From Vicugna vicugna (Eukaryota): 64,000 nucleotides of DNA. The notes below the pieces were generated by a model, which worked only from the letters and a program-made list of their open reading frames with translations, was not told the DNA's origin and ran no database searches. Shown here in pieces: positions 1 to 12,380 of the stretch; position 1 is the first letter of the stretch; each line of letters starts with the position of its first letter. Both the position numbers and the translations under genes were made by a program. The stretch is taken from NCBI GenBank assembly GCA_013265495.1, contig MU063896.1:620001-684000 (forward strand). Direction: 5' to 3'.

Positions 1-1329
1 TCTGGCAGCCTGGCCCTACCTAAATTCCTTTTGGCATCATTTCAAGAACTCAGTAACTACCTAAGAACAGTTGTTGGGCACTTATGGCTGGTACCAATGT
101 AATAAACCAGACCAAATTCTAAATAATTATTTTGCTGCATAATTCCACGAGACACAGTAATTCCCAGCTTAGAGACAAGGTGGGGAAGCCCCGGCATACC
201 TGGTAGGTAGGGGTCCTGATAACACCAAGCTGCGTTATTTCTAAGTCTTTCTCTATCCTTGGAGACATGGAGAAGCACCACCAGCCCCAGGAGGCCAAGT
301 CTGAGGCCTTCCCAAGTCTTGTAGTTTCTACCCTGGATCATACATGGAAGACAACGCGTATGGCAAGTCCAGCCCAGAGGTGCTGACGTAGCATGTCCAG
401 CATATGTGACACAAATCCTAGATAAAACGTGTGCATTCATGTTTGTGAGTTTACGGACAGAGGCCCAAGAGAAGAGAGCCTTCCCTTGCTGAATGGACCA
501 CAGCCCAAGGTTAGGCTCCAAAGTGAAATGGAAACGCAAGTATAGTAAGATTCCTAAAGTCTGCCAGTGGGGAGCCTATCTGATGTGCAGGCTTTCTGAA
601 ATGAGCCAGCTCCCACCATCAGGCTTGCCCAGCTGCCCCCGGCCTCACCTGCCCTGGAAACAGCCCTCTTTAGATGGCAGAGGCTGCCAGATTTCCCCCA
701 AGGGACTGGAATCAGGACTTTGGAGATACCCGGTATCCATCTGAGTTTTGAATCACTGACTTCCCTGAATCTGACTTTTGTGTCTCTGGATTAAAGGCCT
801 GACCCCGAGGAGTCAGGATACAAGGGAATCTGCAGCTGGCCTGAGCAAACTGACTGTGGCTGTTGCTTTTAGTGACTTCATTAGCCTTTGGGGTAACTTA
901 GTAGACTCAGGTGCCCCATATGACAGGCAGTATTTCAAGAATGGATCCAAGTTTGGGCTGCAAAGAACTCATTTGGGCCTCCAGCCAGACCTCGTGATGG
1001 GGCCAGAAAAAAAGCCTGTGAATGAGGACTGGGCAGAAGATCAGATACCCACTAAGGTTCCTTCCTTGTGACTGGAGGAGAGAACCAGCAGATGGAGACT
1101 GGAAGACTCAGAACTGCATCACGGAGCAAAAAGCTGAGCCCATACCCCCTCCAAGATATAGGAATAAAAAGCTCTGCTAAAGCAAAGTTACATTTTTGTT
1201 GCTGTCCCAAAGTGTCACCAAGTAACATGCAGAATTCAGCCCTCATGAAGAGGGCTGTGGTTCCACTCAGAGGTTGGCATCTTTCCACCCCTCCTTGTGA
1301 GTCAAGGCTGAAATGAGGCAATGTTGGTG

Positions 1330-1480
1330 AGCTCTCACAGTGTCTTCACCCTGACCGCACATCAGAACCCCCTGGGCAGCTTTCACAACGAGGAGGGCCT
1401 TGCCCTGACTCAATCAGAACCCCAGGAGGTAGGCTCCAGGCATCAGGGTTCTTGAGACTGCAATGTGCAGTCACGGTGAG
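1330..1480. mobile_element. MER5A-like hAT-Charlie MITE remnant
   Basis: Segments cacatcagaaccccctgggcagctt...actcaatcagaacccc...gcaatgtgcag resemble the MER5A internal consensus; heavily diverged. Confidence 0.4.
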
Positions 1481-2504
1481 AGGCCACCTGGCCCGCACAC
1501 CATTCATCTCACCACCTTCCTGCCCTGTGACCTGAAAATGCGGTTGGAGTTTAGGGTGTGGAGTTTACCTGGAAGAGAGTGATAGAGATTTGGTGTGTTA
1601 AAATTGAGATCTTAAACTTAGAATGTCAGAAGTGAGATTTTTCTTCTTGCCAGAGGATGTATCTTTTGCCCATGCATACTTTTTTTTTTTAACTTATAAA
1701 AGCCCAGGGGTGTTTCATTAGTGTCAGAAGTGATGACTTCACTTAACTCTTCAAGTCATCAGTCCCTGGCCATTGCTTGGTTGTCCACACGACTGCTGAT
1801 TCTTGCAGTGAAATACTACTTGGTCACTTTACCCAGCACTCACTACGTGCTACTAGTATCGCAGACATTATCATTTAACTCTAACAGCAAACGTACTAAA
1901 TCTGTACTAATAGCCCATTTTACAGACCCTGAAGCAAACTTGGAGAGTAACTTGCAAAAGATGACACAGTGAGTGGCCAGGGCAAGGTTAGTTAGCACCA
2001 CAGTCTACATTTACTACAATGCCAGTGTTTCTAAAATTCAGTAATCCGAGTTCCAACTGAACTATTCTTTTCCTGAAACTTTATCACAAAGAAAAAAACC
2101 ATCATTACTTGCTGTAAATAAAAGGCAACCATAAAAATGAATATTTAACTATTAAACATACAAGTATCCATGTACCATCAAAATTTACTGTCTGCCACCA
2201 CTGGTGTTATATGAACTTCATTTTTGGAAATGAGGGTCCTGATCGTTCTGATGTGTATGATGATTTTGGCTGGGCTGAGAACTCCCCTTAAAAAAGCCTT
2301 GTGAACTACATCTATGAATACAAGGCCCATTAAAACAAAATCTGCCACTGGGCGACCCTCTCATTTTGGGGCCTCAGCCATACCTTTGGAGGAACATGTA
2401 TCTAAATCCACTGATGGTGGTTTAATTTCCATGATCAAACCAGATTATAAAGAAAAAATATTTGTAAACTTGGCCATTGCTGTTCACTTAGGGTTTTTTT
2501 TTAA

Positions 2505-2940
2505 TTGTTTATAATAGCATTATTTATAATAGCCAAAAACTGGAAACAACCCAAATCTCCAATAGGTGAATAGATAAATAAATTGGAGTACACTCGTGTA
2601 GTGGAATGCTAGTCAGCAATAAAAAAGAATGAGCCCACGGGTACTCATAATAACATGGGTGAATCTCAAAAACATACTCAAAAAGAAACAGACACAAAAG
2701 AGTGCATACTGGATAGTTCTAAGAGCAGGCAAAAATCATCTATGGTAATAGAAAACAGAACCACCATTGCCCAGTAGGTACCAGTATAGACTAGAGGACT
2801 TTAGGAGATGATGGAAATGCTCTACATCTTGACTGGAGTGGCTCTTACACAGGTGTGTACATTTATCAAAACTCATCAAAATCTAGACATAAGATCTATA
2901 CATTTCATCACATACAAAATTTACTCCAATAAAAAAAGAA
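2505..2940 (+). mobile_element. Old L1 (L1MC/L1ME-type) 3' end
   Basis: atagcattatttataatagccaaaaactggaaacaacccaaat...aacatgggtgaatctcaaaaacat...gatgatggaaatgctctacatcttgactgg...ends in caataaaaaaagaa. Confidence 0.8.
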
Positions 2941-5164
2941 CACTTACTTCAGAAGTCACTAAAGAAATGAGTGATGACACTGTCTGAGACTTGGTTTTAT
3001 GACCTAGAATCAAAGTTACCATTACTAGTCTCCCAAGTTGAGAAAAATCCAACTTACATATTTCAAACCTTTTAAAACATCCACTTAGAAAGTGTTTCTC
3101 ACACAAAAGATTTGAGCACAGAAATTTTTGTAGTTAGATACACCAGTCTACTTAGAAGCTGACGGCTTACCAAAGTTAAACAGAATCCTAGAAAATTTAT
3201 ATTTGAAAAGCACTATATGGGCGAGTCCTTTTGAATGAGCTATGACTGGACAGATTTATGTGTGTGTGTTGACAAGAAATGAGCCTGAGAAGTAAAACTC
3301 AGGCTCATGTTTAAACATGTTGCCAAGAGAGAAAAGCATGTCATCCCTTTTATCTAATGATCCAAAGAGATGTGTAAATAAACCACCTCACCCACCTCGG
3401 TGCTACCCAAGCCGCGGGGAAGGAGTGTGGGAGAGGAGCCCTTTCAGCAACCACCAGAGAGGTGTTCGCAGAAAAGCAAATAGGTCAGTGAAATCAGAGG
3501 CAGAGCAGCTAATGGGATTTCTTTACCTCTACAAATGCAGAGTGGACTGAATTCAAAGGGAATCTTTGTTGGAGGTCAAGGAAATCCTTGCAGGAGAGGA
3601 AACCGTCTTAATTAATGTGCAACCGGTGAGGGAGATGAAGGAGAACAAAGGATGCAGAGCGTGTTTGGGATTCCACGGGAGGCCTCCACCCTGATGGAGA
3701 GCTGCCCTCTGCTGACCTGTGCCAGGGGCTGGACCGGGCCTCGGAGACCAGGTGCAGCCACGGGCCGCCACCCGCACAGAGACACTTCTCAGCTGGTGCT
3801 TGTCAATTCTGCCTCACGTTAGAAGAGCCTGACTTTTGACTGCAGCCTTACTCACCCTCACGATAACAGTTTGCCGTTAGGCATCTGTGTGGTGGCTTGG
3901 CTCGTGGTCTTTATGAATGCACTTATTCAGGGCAATCCTTCAAGGTTACAGACACAATAAAGGAAATTATTAGCAACCAAATTATGACTTGAATTGTATC
4001 TGTTTTAGTGTTTTTCCCTGTTTTTATGTCAGCAGCTTCACTGAAAGCAGCTGGCATGTCCCCTAAGTGGCTATTTGTGCCCACTGATGTTGCCGAATTC
4101 TAACTGGAAATCACTAAGAAGCATTTGGTGCTGTCATAATCGTCTGCGTGAGCCACAACTAGCTCTTTCATCATTAAGCCCCATCCAACGGTTGGGGAAC
4201 TTTGATAAAGACTTCATGACATGATGGGCTATTTCACCCTCCATTCACACCCCAGGGTCCCCAGAGCTGGCCAATGCACCGTCTTGCAAAAGAAATTAAA
4301 CACAACTTGTTCTGAGTCAAAGGTGTCATTCTACGATCAGTGGGAAAATCTCCAATTCTTCCTTCAGAAATGTCCTAGAACTGTTCACGTACTTCCCAAA
4401 AAGCAACACCCCTGAAGTGTGCCCTGATTTGCTGGTGATGACCTGTCATGTGTTTGGCTCCAGTGCCTTGCCAGGCTGCCACCCACTGAGTACTAAGCTA
4501 ATAAAATGACTTCAGGGAGGATGGTGCCCTTCCAGGGCCTCTCTTCAGGGTTCTGCAGTCAGCGGCCATCCCATCCCAATCCCTCTCTTTTCTTTTCAGG
4601 TGGGAGAATGAGTGCAGTGAGGTGTGCCCAGCCTCCTGGGGGCCTATAGAGAAAAGGATTCAATCCAGATGGGCTCCAGGTTGGGCATGACTGTAACAGG
4701 AGGGGGTCTGGCCATTATAGAATGGTTGTGCTGTGAGGAATGCATTTCAAGCTTTTACAAAATATTTTGTGAAGACAAACCAGGAAGCACATTCTAGAGC
4801 TGAATGATTAAAATATTTACACATCCACCAACACCCCTGCAATCATGGTTGGCCTCAGTGACCACAAGTCTCCTTTTTGTCTCAGAGCTGTGGTCAAAAG
4901 ATCATGGTGTGTTTATTCAGTTTGCAAATAATTAGGTGCTCGTTTTTTCACTTCTACTGCATGCATCCTACTTTCTAATCACTTCTTTGATCATTAACAC
5001 TTCTGTGGAGAAAAGCTATCAGGAAAGGTGCGGTGATACTGAAAATCATCGAGCCTGTCACTATATAACACCTTAATTAGAGAAAAGCTGGCCCAACACC
5101 ACCTGGAACCGCTAATATTATCCTCTGAGGCCACATCACTGGGTTGTGGTAGTGACATATCATC

Positions 5165-5560
5165 ACTGAGGAATTTTATTTGGATGATAATAACAAAGTC
5201 CCCAAAGTTGTGGCTTTAACAAGATGAGTTACAGCAGGTCTTGGATTTTTTCCTCCCTCACATACTGAAACTAGCAAAGAAAGGCAGATCAATGCTAGCA
5301 CAGTGGTTCTACAATGTCCTCAGGCACCCAGGCTCCATCCTAATCTCTGGCCATAGCCTTATCCTCATGGCTTCCCAGCTGGCTGCAGGAGCTCCACCAT
5401 CACATCCTCATTCATCAACAAGGAGAGAGAAGTCGGAAATATGGAACCAGCCAATTAAGTCAGCCTCCTAAAAAGAGGCTTCTAGAATCCACCAATACAT
5501 CTCACTGGAAGAGCAGTTTTACCTGGACTCATTGCCACCTCCATTCATGTAGGGGGTTCT
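5165..5560 (-). mobile_element. MaLR LTR (MLT1J/K-like)
   Basis: gtggctttaacaagatgag...caggcacccaggctccatc...cagctggctgcaggagctccaccatcacatcctcattc, typical of antisense old MLT1. Confidence 0.55.
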
Positions 5561-6574
5561 GTTAGAAAGGAAAATGAGGGAATGGAAAAGGGGAAAGCTC
5601 TGTAAGTCTCTGCCCAGATGATGCTACGAGGTGATCCCTCCACTTCCATTACTTGGGTTCCTACGAATGTAAGCACCAAGCCAGAGACCCACATTGTATT
5701 AATTCTGTGCTTGGGTAGAAGCCACAGTACCCATTCGTGCCTCGACATGGAAGATAAACAAAGCTGAATAAAATTTCTCAAGCTCAGGTGGTTCTAGAAA
5801 CAAGGTCAGTTTCTGTTTACTGCCCCATCCCGTAGGTTAGATGTTAAACATGGGAAGTTAGTTACCATCAATAATCTATAGTCAGAAACCCCACCCTCTG
5901 GTGGCTTCCTATCTCTGAGGGGCAGAGCCATAGGAGTCCTTAGAAGAGCCTTAGGAGTCAAGGAGAGGGAATCTGGGCTCGTGTCCCCACTGCATCAGAA
6001 ACAGCCCACCAAGAGCAGCTTTCTACATCACATGCCCGCATAAGATTATTTTAGCAAAGTTTCTACAGCTGAAAACAAACAAAAGTAATGATAGCCATTG
6101 CATGGCCAATGCCTGACCGTGTGAGCAGCTCCCTGGAGGTCTGTGTGTGCTCCTGACTGGTAAGTCTGGTGGAGTCATAGCAGCAGCAGCCTCCCTCAGC
6201 TACCCACTCAATTCACCGCGCGTCTGTGGAGCATCCCCGACAATGTCCTTGGCACTGCATGAAATGCAGAAAACTGATGAGGCTGCTATCATCCCAAGAG
6301 CTTGCAGCCCCCCAAGCCCATCAGAGCAGACAGCAGCCATCAAGCCTGAGTTCGGCTGTCAAGGTAAAGCTTGCAGAGTAAGAGGGACTCATCTTTGGGT
6401 TAATTAACTTCAGGTTAACTCTAAGCAAAGGCATCAAGAAATAAATGAGAACGGCATGGGGCAAAGGAGAAAACCTGCTGAACCCAAGGACAGGAAGAAG
6501 GTCAAGTGCAAAAGGCAGAAAGAAGCAACAAAGAGTTCCTCTCAACTAGTTTGGATAATGAATAAACCTCCTAA

Positions 6575-6770
6575 TAACCCTTTGCTGAGTGTTTACTAGG
6601 ATACTGGGTGTCAAGGACTGTCTAAGTGCTCTACCCACATTATCCCATTTCATCTTCATAACAATCCTAAAACAACGTGCAGAAGAGAAAATTGTGCTCA
6701 GAAACAGAGTAAGTGGCTCAAGGTCACATCCCTCAGTAACCTGGATCTGTTAGGCTCTAGAGCCCCCAGG
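6575..6770 (-). mobile_element. MIR SINE
   Basis: tgagtgtttactagg...ctaagtgctctacccacattatcccatttcatcttcataacaatcc...gtaagtggctcaaggtcaca. Confidence 0.65.
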
Positions 6771-6929
6771 AGCCCAGCCTGGTCTCCCCAAGGAAGCAGA
6801 AGAGCAGTCACCCCCAGCCTTCACATAATCCACATTTATGCCAAGTAAGCCCTCTCCATGGATACAGCCAGGGATCCCTCTCCAGCTTCCTACTAGCTTC
6901 TCAACCAAATTAGACAAAGAATGCCAACT

Positions 6930-7045
6930 AGCTCTGACGTTTGCCTTAGCACAGCTAGGAAACGCCATATTGGCTCAAATCAAACGAAGTTTTTACAACT
7001 ATATAAAACTATATATAAAGTGGCCTGTTCACAAACTATGCTCTG
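6930..7045 (+). promoter_or_regulatory. Candidate Pol II core promoter: CRE half-site, reverse CCAAT/YY1-like motif, tandem TATA boxes
   Basis: TGACGT at 6935-6940; CGCCATATTGG at about 6963-6972 (ATTGG = reverse CCAAT; also YY1-like); TATAAAA at 7002-7008 and TATATAAAG ending 7020, the latter overlapping MEF2-like CTATATATAA. Spacing is canonical. CpG island and donors AAG|GTAAGC (~7445) and TGG|GTGAGT (~7503) lie downstream. Confidence 0.5.
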
Positions 7046-7429
7046 AGTTTCGGCAGATCTGCAGCAAAAGACTTCATGGAATCGAACGCAAGAGAGCACC
7101 TTCCCAGCTCCGCCAGCTCGCTGCCAAAAGGAGCAACTCAGCTGGACAGTCTGAGGTCTGGGCAGGAAGGAGGAGGGGCAGGGGTCGCGGCAGTGCAGCC
7201 TGGGGAAGGGGCTGCGGCCTCACAGCCAGGGCTAGGCCCTACCCTCTGCCCTAGCTTTTGTGGAGGAAGACCATTCCCCAATGTCAGCTGACTCGCAGCC
7301 CTGCAAATCTTAAACGGGAACTCTGGACATTCTAGAAAATGCTGAAAGAAACCTTTTTATGTCTCCATTCTTCACTCACTACTTCCTCCTCACTCCTCTT
7401 CAAGGGCAGGGGAGGGACCTCCTGATGAG

Positions 7430-8520
7430 CCCAGGAAAATCCAAGGTAAGCGCAAAGGAATCTCCTGGCAGCTCTGCGCGGGGACGCCCCGAGTCCTGGT
7501 TGGGTGAGTTCCGCTCGCCCAGCTCACTAGAGAAACCTGCTTTTGCTCTGGCTCAGGCTCTAAGTCCTAAATCCACGTCCCAGTTGAGATCGCTGACACG
7601 TGTTTGAAAGCGCGGACACCTGTGCGAGTCCCGCCGCGGTCCCGCCAGAGGGGCGCGCGTCTGGCGCCGCCAGCCTGAGGGCTGCCTCCTCGGCGCACGG
7701 AGGCCTAACTGATTCTCCGGGTGGAAACCAGCACCCCCTCTCTGGGAAAAGATAAGAGGAGGTTTTGTCTTCAGTGCCTGGGGTACAGATACCGTACCCC
7801 AAGAGCGGGAGCCCGCCTGGCTAATCCGGGCAACCGCCCCAAACCCCGGGAACACAGCTGCGCTCCTGAAGAGACTGTTTTCAAAAACATGGCGCGAACC
7901 TGAGGCTGAAGCTGGATTCCCCACCTCTCCCCTCGCATCCCCACGTGGAATTTAAGACAGTCAAGTCCACAGTGCAGGTCTGAGCTTACCTACCCACCCC
8001 AGTCAGAGGCCGACAGGCCAGGGTGGAGGGCGTGCGGGTGTGGGAGCAAAACACCTGGGGCCGGGCCGGGCCGGGGTGCGGGGGCCCGTCCCCTAGCCGG
8101 GTGCCCGCGCCCCGGGCTGACATGGCTGCACGAAGTGGTAGCGCTGCGGTGTTTCACGCTGTGTCTCAGGCACTGCGCAAAATCCCTCTCGTGCATTCTC
8201 TCACTGGGAGACTGTGGGGAAAGGCCCCATTTTACAGACGAGGAAGCCCAGGAGGAGAGAGGTTAAGAAACTCACCCCAAGTGATGATGGCAGACTGTCT
8301 GCCGCCGGAGTCACCTCCCAAAATGAACACTAGGCTCTCACCTGTCGGATTTGCGACCGCCCCTCTGCCGGGAGAGCCGGGAAGGAGGGGCGGGAGCTCT
8401 CTCACCCTTTGTGGGCCAGGCGGAAACTCCATTCCAGCTTCCGTCGTGTGACTGGGAGGATAAGGCAGCTCAGACCTGCCCTCTCTTCCCATCTCTCACT
8501 GTGTCACTGCCCCCCTCTAC
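7430..8520. promoter_or_regulatory. CpG island
   Basis: Dense unmutated CpGs and high GC (e.g. cccgccgcggtcccgccagagg...cgcgcgtctggcgccgcc; gggccgggccgggccggggtgcgggggcccg) against a CpG-depleted background; YY1-like AAACATGGCG at ~7885-7894. Confidence 0.7.
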
Positions 8521-9324
8521 GACATCTTCAGTACCCGGGGTTCCCCACTAGCTCTAGAAGGCCTCCTTTTCTGCTTCTCCCCCCACCCCCCGCCCTGGGC
8601 CTGCCCTGGGCTTCCAGTCACATCTATACAACCGGATGGGGTGAATGCTTCCCAGCCGTCGCCACCCCCAAGCAAACCCACACCTGCACACCAGGAGTGA
8701 GCGTGCAGCCAGCCCTCACCTCCTCGCTGGAGCAAGCAAGTGGATTTCAGGATACTAAGCAGCTCTCCGCACTCAGGAGACCACTTCATCCTTTTGCTGA
8801 GTAAAAGAGTTTCCCATGTTCTTGGAAGATTAGTTCCACAAGTTGTCCCTAAGAAGAGTTTTATGGTCAGGTAAGTCCAGAAAATGGAGCATCTTATCTC
8901 CCTGGTGGAAATTCACAATACCTTTAATGTTCATTTTGAAGGCTCTGAAACGACTAGCAATAAATACTGGATTCAGAAGTCCAGTATATCTCAAGTTTAT
9001 TTGACCCAAGAACCTTTTCTTTTGGGGAATGGGCACCTTTTCTAGAAACAGTGTTCAATGAAACACCCTCCATGCAGTGTAAGAGTAGATAAATGCTATT
9101 TTTCCTTAGTCATAGGTGAAGGTTCTTTTTTCCTTACACAGTCTATACTTTTATAATTAAATTAGATCTTCATAGACTGTAAGATCACCTTAAATTCAAG
9201 ATAGTCTAATTAAAATCTGAACCCATTTATTTATTTATTCTGTGGAGCTAGAGAGTAGGCTAAAGCGTGGCCCAGAGGCGCTGATGCTAAGTCACGTAGG
9301 GGTGTTCTTTACCCTCAATAATGT

Positions 9325-9840
9325 CAGTGGTTCTCAAACTTATTGGTCTCAAGATCCCTTTATGGTCTTAAAAAATATTGAAAATCCTAGAGAACTTTTG
9401 TGTATGTTGGTTATAGCTACTGATGTTGATGATACTAGAAATTAAAATTTAGAAATGTTTAAAATATTTTAATATTTCATTAAAAAATAAACCCAATACA
9501 TGCTAACACAAGTTATACATTTTAGGAACAATAACTATCATTTTCCAGAACAAAAAAAAATCAGTAAGAAGAATGGCATTGTTTACATTTTTACAAATCT
9601 CTTTAATATCTGGCTTAATGGAAGACAGTTGTAATTTCATACCTGCCTCTACCTTCGGTCTGTTCCGACATCACACGTTGTGTGGTCTTCATAACATGCC
9701 ACTGTATGCTGGTGAGAGAATAAGAGTAGAAAGGGGAAAAGACATAATAGTACTTTGCCAGTAATCGTTCTGACCTTGTGGACCGCCTGAAAACGTCTCT
9801 AGGACCCCGGGGTCCCTAGACCACACTTGGAGAACTACTG
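9325..9840 (-). mobile_element. hAT-Charlie (Charlie1-type) non-autonomous DNA transposon with both termini
   Basis: Terminal inverted repeats cagtggttctcaaa (9325) and ttggagaactactg (ends 9840). Internal sequence matches the Charlie1 antisense pattern (aatggcattgtttacatttttacaaatctctttaatatctggcttaatggaagacag). Confidence 0.75.
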
Positions 9841-10689
9841 CTTCAGATGATCAGCCCAGTTCGTTCTCCCTCTGCATATACAGGAGAGGGGTTGGGGGAT
9901 GGATGCATCTCCCTGGCTCCTGAGATGAGCACATCCATGACCAAGGCGTCCACTTCTCAGTGGGCCCTGGTGCTCTGGGCTGGCTGATGCTTCTTCCTCT
10001 CCCCTGCCCACCACTTTTCATCATGGTTACTGGAGCCCAGTAGAGGAGGGGTCATTTTGCATGTTCTGGATGCAGAGGTTTTTAAAGGGCTTTGATGTAT
10101 AGAATTTCATTAACACCATAAAGTCCCCAAGGTAGCCATTGTCCAAACACAGATATTGCCTTCATTTGTAAGCCACCAAATTCCTGCAAGGATGGGTTTA
10201 AGCGCTATCTATAATCCAAGTGCTGTTCTCCTGCAGGCTTTGAGTGGGTCTGTGATATAAGTCAGCTATCTTTTATAAAGATGTGTGTTTTATTCTTCTT
10301 CACACATGAAACACTGTTTCATCCCGGCCCTGGGAAATTTGAAGCCCAGACACAGAAGAGAACAGAGGGAAAGAAAGACACCTGCTTTGGTAGATCTGAG
10401 CATCAAGGCCACATGCTGCCTGCTTGCCGGAGCCCCTCCCTTGGGTCAGCCCCCAAGACTGAGTGAGAGATGGGTCTAGATGAGTAGGACCTGGGTATGT
10501 CCTTGTTCTGTAGAGCCCGCAGGTGAACGATCAGACACAATTAACAGTTTTTCTGCCTTGGGCCAAAAGGAGAGGAAATGCAACCCTGAGAGCCCACTGA
10601 ACACCACGGCAGTAGCTGTACCCCTGTTCCCTCTGCACGAACCTGTGTTTATGAAGCTCAAGTTAGAAGTTCTGGTTTTGCAATTGGGT

Positions 10690-10865
10690 GGATAGGACAT
10701 AGTCCGAGCTCACCCACTTATTAGCAGGGTGACTCGAGCAAAGCACAAGGGTCATTTGAGTCTCAGTTTTACTGTCTGTATAATGGGTTATTATAGGACT
10801 TGCTGAGATAGTGCAAGTGAGCACGTAGCACAGTATCTGGCCCACAATAATTACTCCATAATTGC
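10690..10865 (+). mobile_element. MIR SINE
   Basis: cacttattagcagggtgact...gagtctcagttttactgtctgtataatggg...gcacgtagcacagtatctggcccacaataa. Confidence 0.6.
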
Positions 10866-11462
10866 TAGCCATGATTTTACATGTTCTAACATGATTAGAG
10901 GCACAAAAGTGTAGGCCCACCCTTAACATTTGCAGAGCACAGGGAATATATACCACACAGATATACAGATATTTTTTAAATATAAGTCAGTTAATACTGT
11001 TATACAAAATGTTTCATATATTGATCCCAACAAGTATTTCTTCATAACAGCAAAAATTTTAAAGTACACCCAAAGGTACGGTTTTTATATGACTGAAAGT
11101 TTGCAAGATGTCAAATATGACTGAATGTAATTATTATACATATCTGGGGGCTGGTATTATTTGAATGAATAATAAAGACAAACATAATTCATTATTAGAA
11201 ATATTTTTTCACAAAATACTTTCTTGTCTTCATTTTGGCAAAATCATTAGTGACGTAGCTATGATCAACTTACCAATTTTAGACACCAAAAAGGTAGGTC
11301 CATCCCCTTCTGTGTATTCCTTCTGCTCAAAGTCTTGCTTTTTCCCCCAACAGACTAGCACAGGAAATGAACTCCACAGGGACTGTATGGAGTCCATGGT
11401 TGTGGTGGCAGTTTTAAAGCTTGGCCACAAATCCTTTGGCACTCCTCCCATTGAAAGTTCCC

Positions 11463-11817
11463 TGTCTTGATCAGTTCAGGCTGCTATAACAAAATACTTA
11501 GGCTGGGCGGCTAATAGGTAAAGAAATCTATTTCCCACAGTCCTGGCTGAGAAGTCCAAGAACAAGACACCAGCAGGTTCAGTGACTGATGAGGGGCCCC
11601 TTCCTGGTTCATAGATGGCCATCTTTTTGCTGTGTCCTCATGTGGGAGAAGGGGTCAGGGAGTTCTCTGGGTCTCTTTGTTAAGGGCGCTAACAAAGTGA
11701 GAGCTCCGTCCCCATAACCTAATCAGCCTCCTAAAGGCCTCATCTCCAAATACCAACGTGTTGGGGATTCAGTTTCAACATGCAACTCTGGAGGGACGCG
11801 AACATTCAGCCGTAGCA
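11463..11817 (-). mobile_element. MLT1A-type MaLR solo LTR nested in an older MLT1E/F-like LTR
   Basis: TG...CA ends (tgtcttgatcagttcaggctgctataacaaaatac ... aacattcagccgtagca); flanks ttccc/gtccc (4/5 TSD); host LTR start tgtggtggcagttttaaagcttggccacaaatcctttggcactcctccc at 11401 continues after 11817. Confidence 0.8.
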
Positions 11818-12380
11818 GTCCCCTTCCCTTGCATCTGGGTGAGATTGTGTTAGACTTGTCCGGGGGGGCGGGGGGAGTTCAGCGGCACAGCCAGTGAGCC
11901 TGACCTTGGAGCCAGTCCCCTCTGAATCTGTGGCTCTTGCTCCTAGTCTGTACGCTGTCTTCCTTGGAGCACAGAATGTCTGGAGTGGGTACCTACACAT
12001 TCTTCAGGCAAATGAAATTTCCTGGAAGTTTGTGTTGAGAAAACTAAATTAGAGCACTGTTGAAAAGGGCACGGCATCTCAGGAAGGATTAATTGAATCA
12101 AAACATCCCTGGGGATGTTTTGCCCCAGGATGGCAAAACTAATGTTCATTTAGCTCTTTTGTGTGGATGTTTTTATTTTAAGCTCCCAGCAAATATTCTT
12201 GACAATGAGAGACCTTGTAAGGGATGGAGTCCGGTCTTCCAAGTCTAGGCCCTAGGGTTTTCTCCTCATGTCCCCTGAGAAATTATGTCCAATATGAAAA
12301 TAAAAGTAACTTGTTTACCATGTAACTTGTGGAGCGTTGAAGAAACAACTTTATATTAATTTATTTTACACAACCTTTTA

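Noticed and set aside
57-539. 160-aa minus ORF and a short plus ORF MEKHHQPQEAK...
   Set aside because: No homology recognised and no supporting exon structure.
6965-6972. CArG/SRF box (CCATATTGG)
   Set aside because: Only five A/T between CC and GG (six are required); treated as CCAAT/YY1-like instead.
7642-7656. CTCF-like CCGCCAGAGGGGCGC in the CpG island
   Set aside because: An extra G breaks the core spacing, and no good register fits.
7779-7801. 8-bp stem hairpin tggggtac-agatacc-gtacccca (similar one at 8964-8987)
   Set aside because: Stems of this length are expected by chance in 64 kb and are too short for a pre-miRNA.
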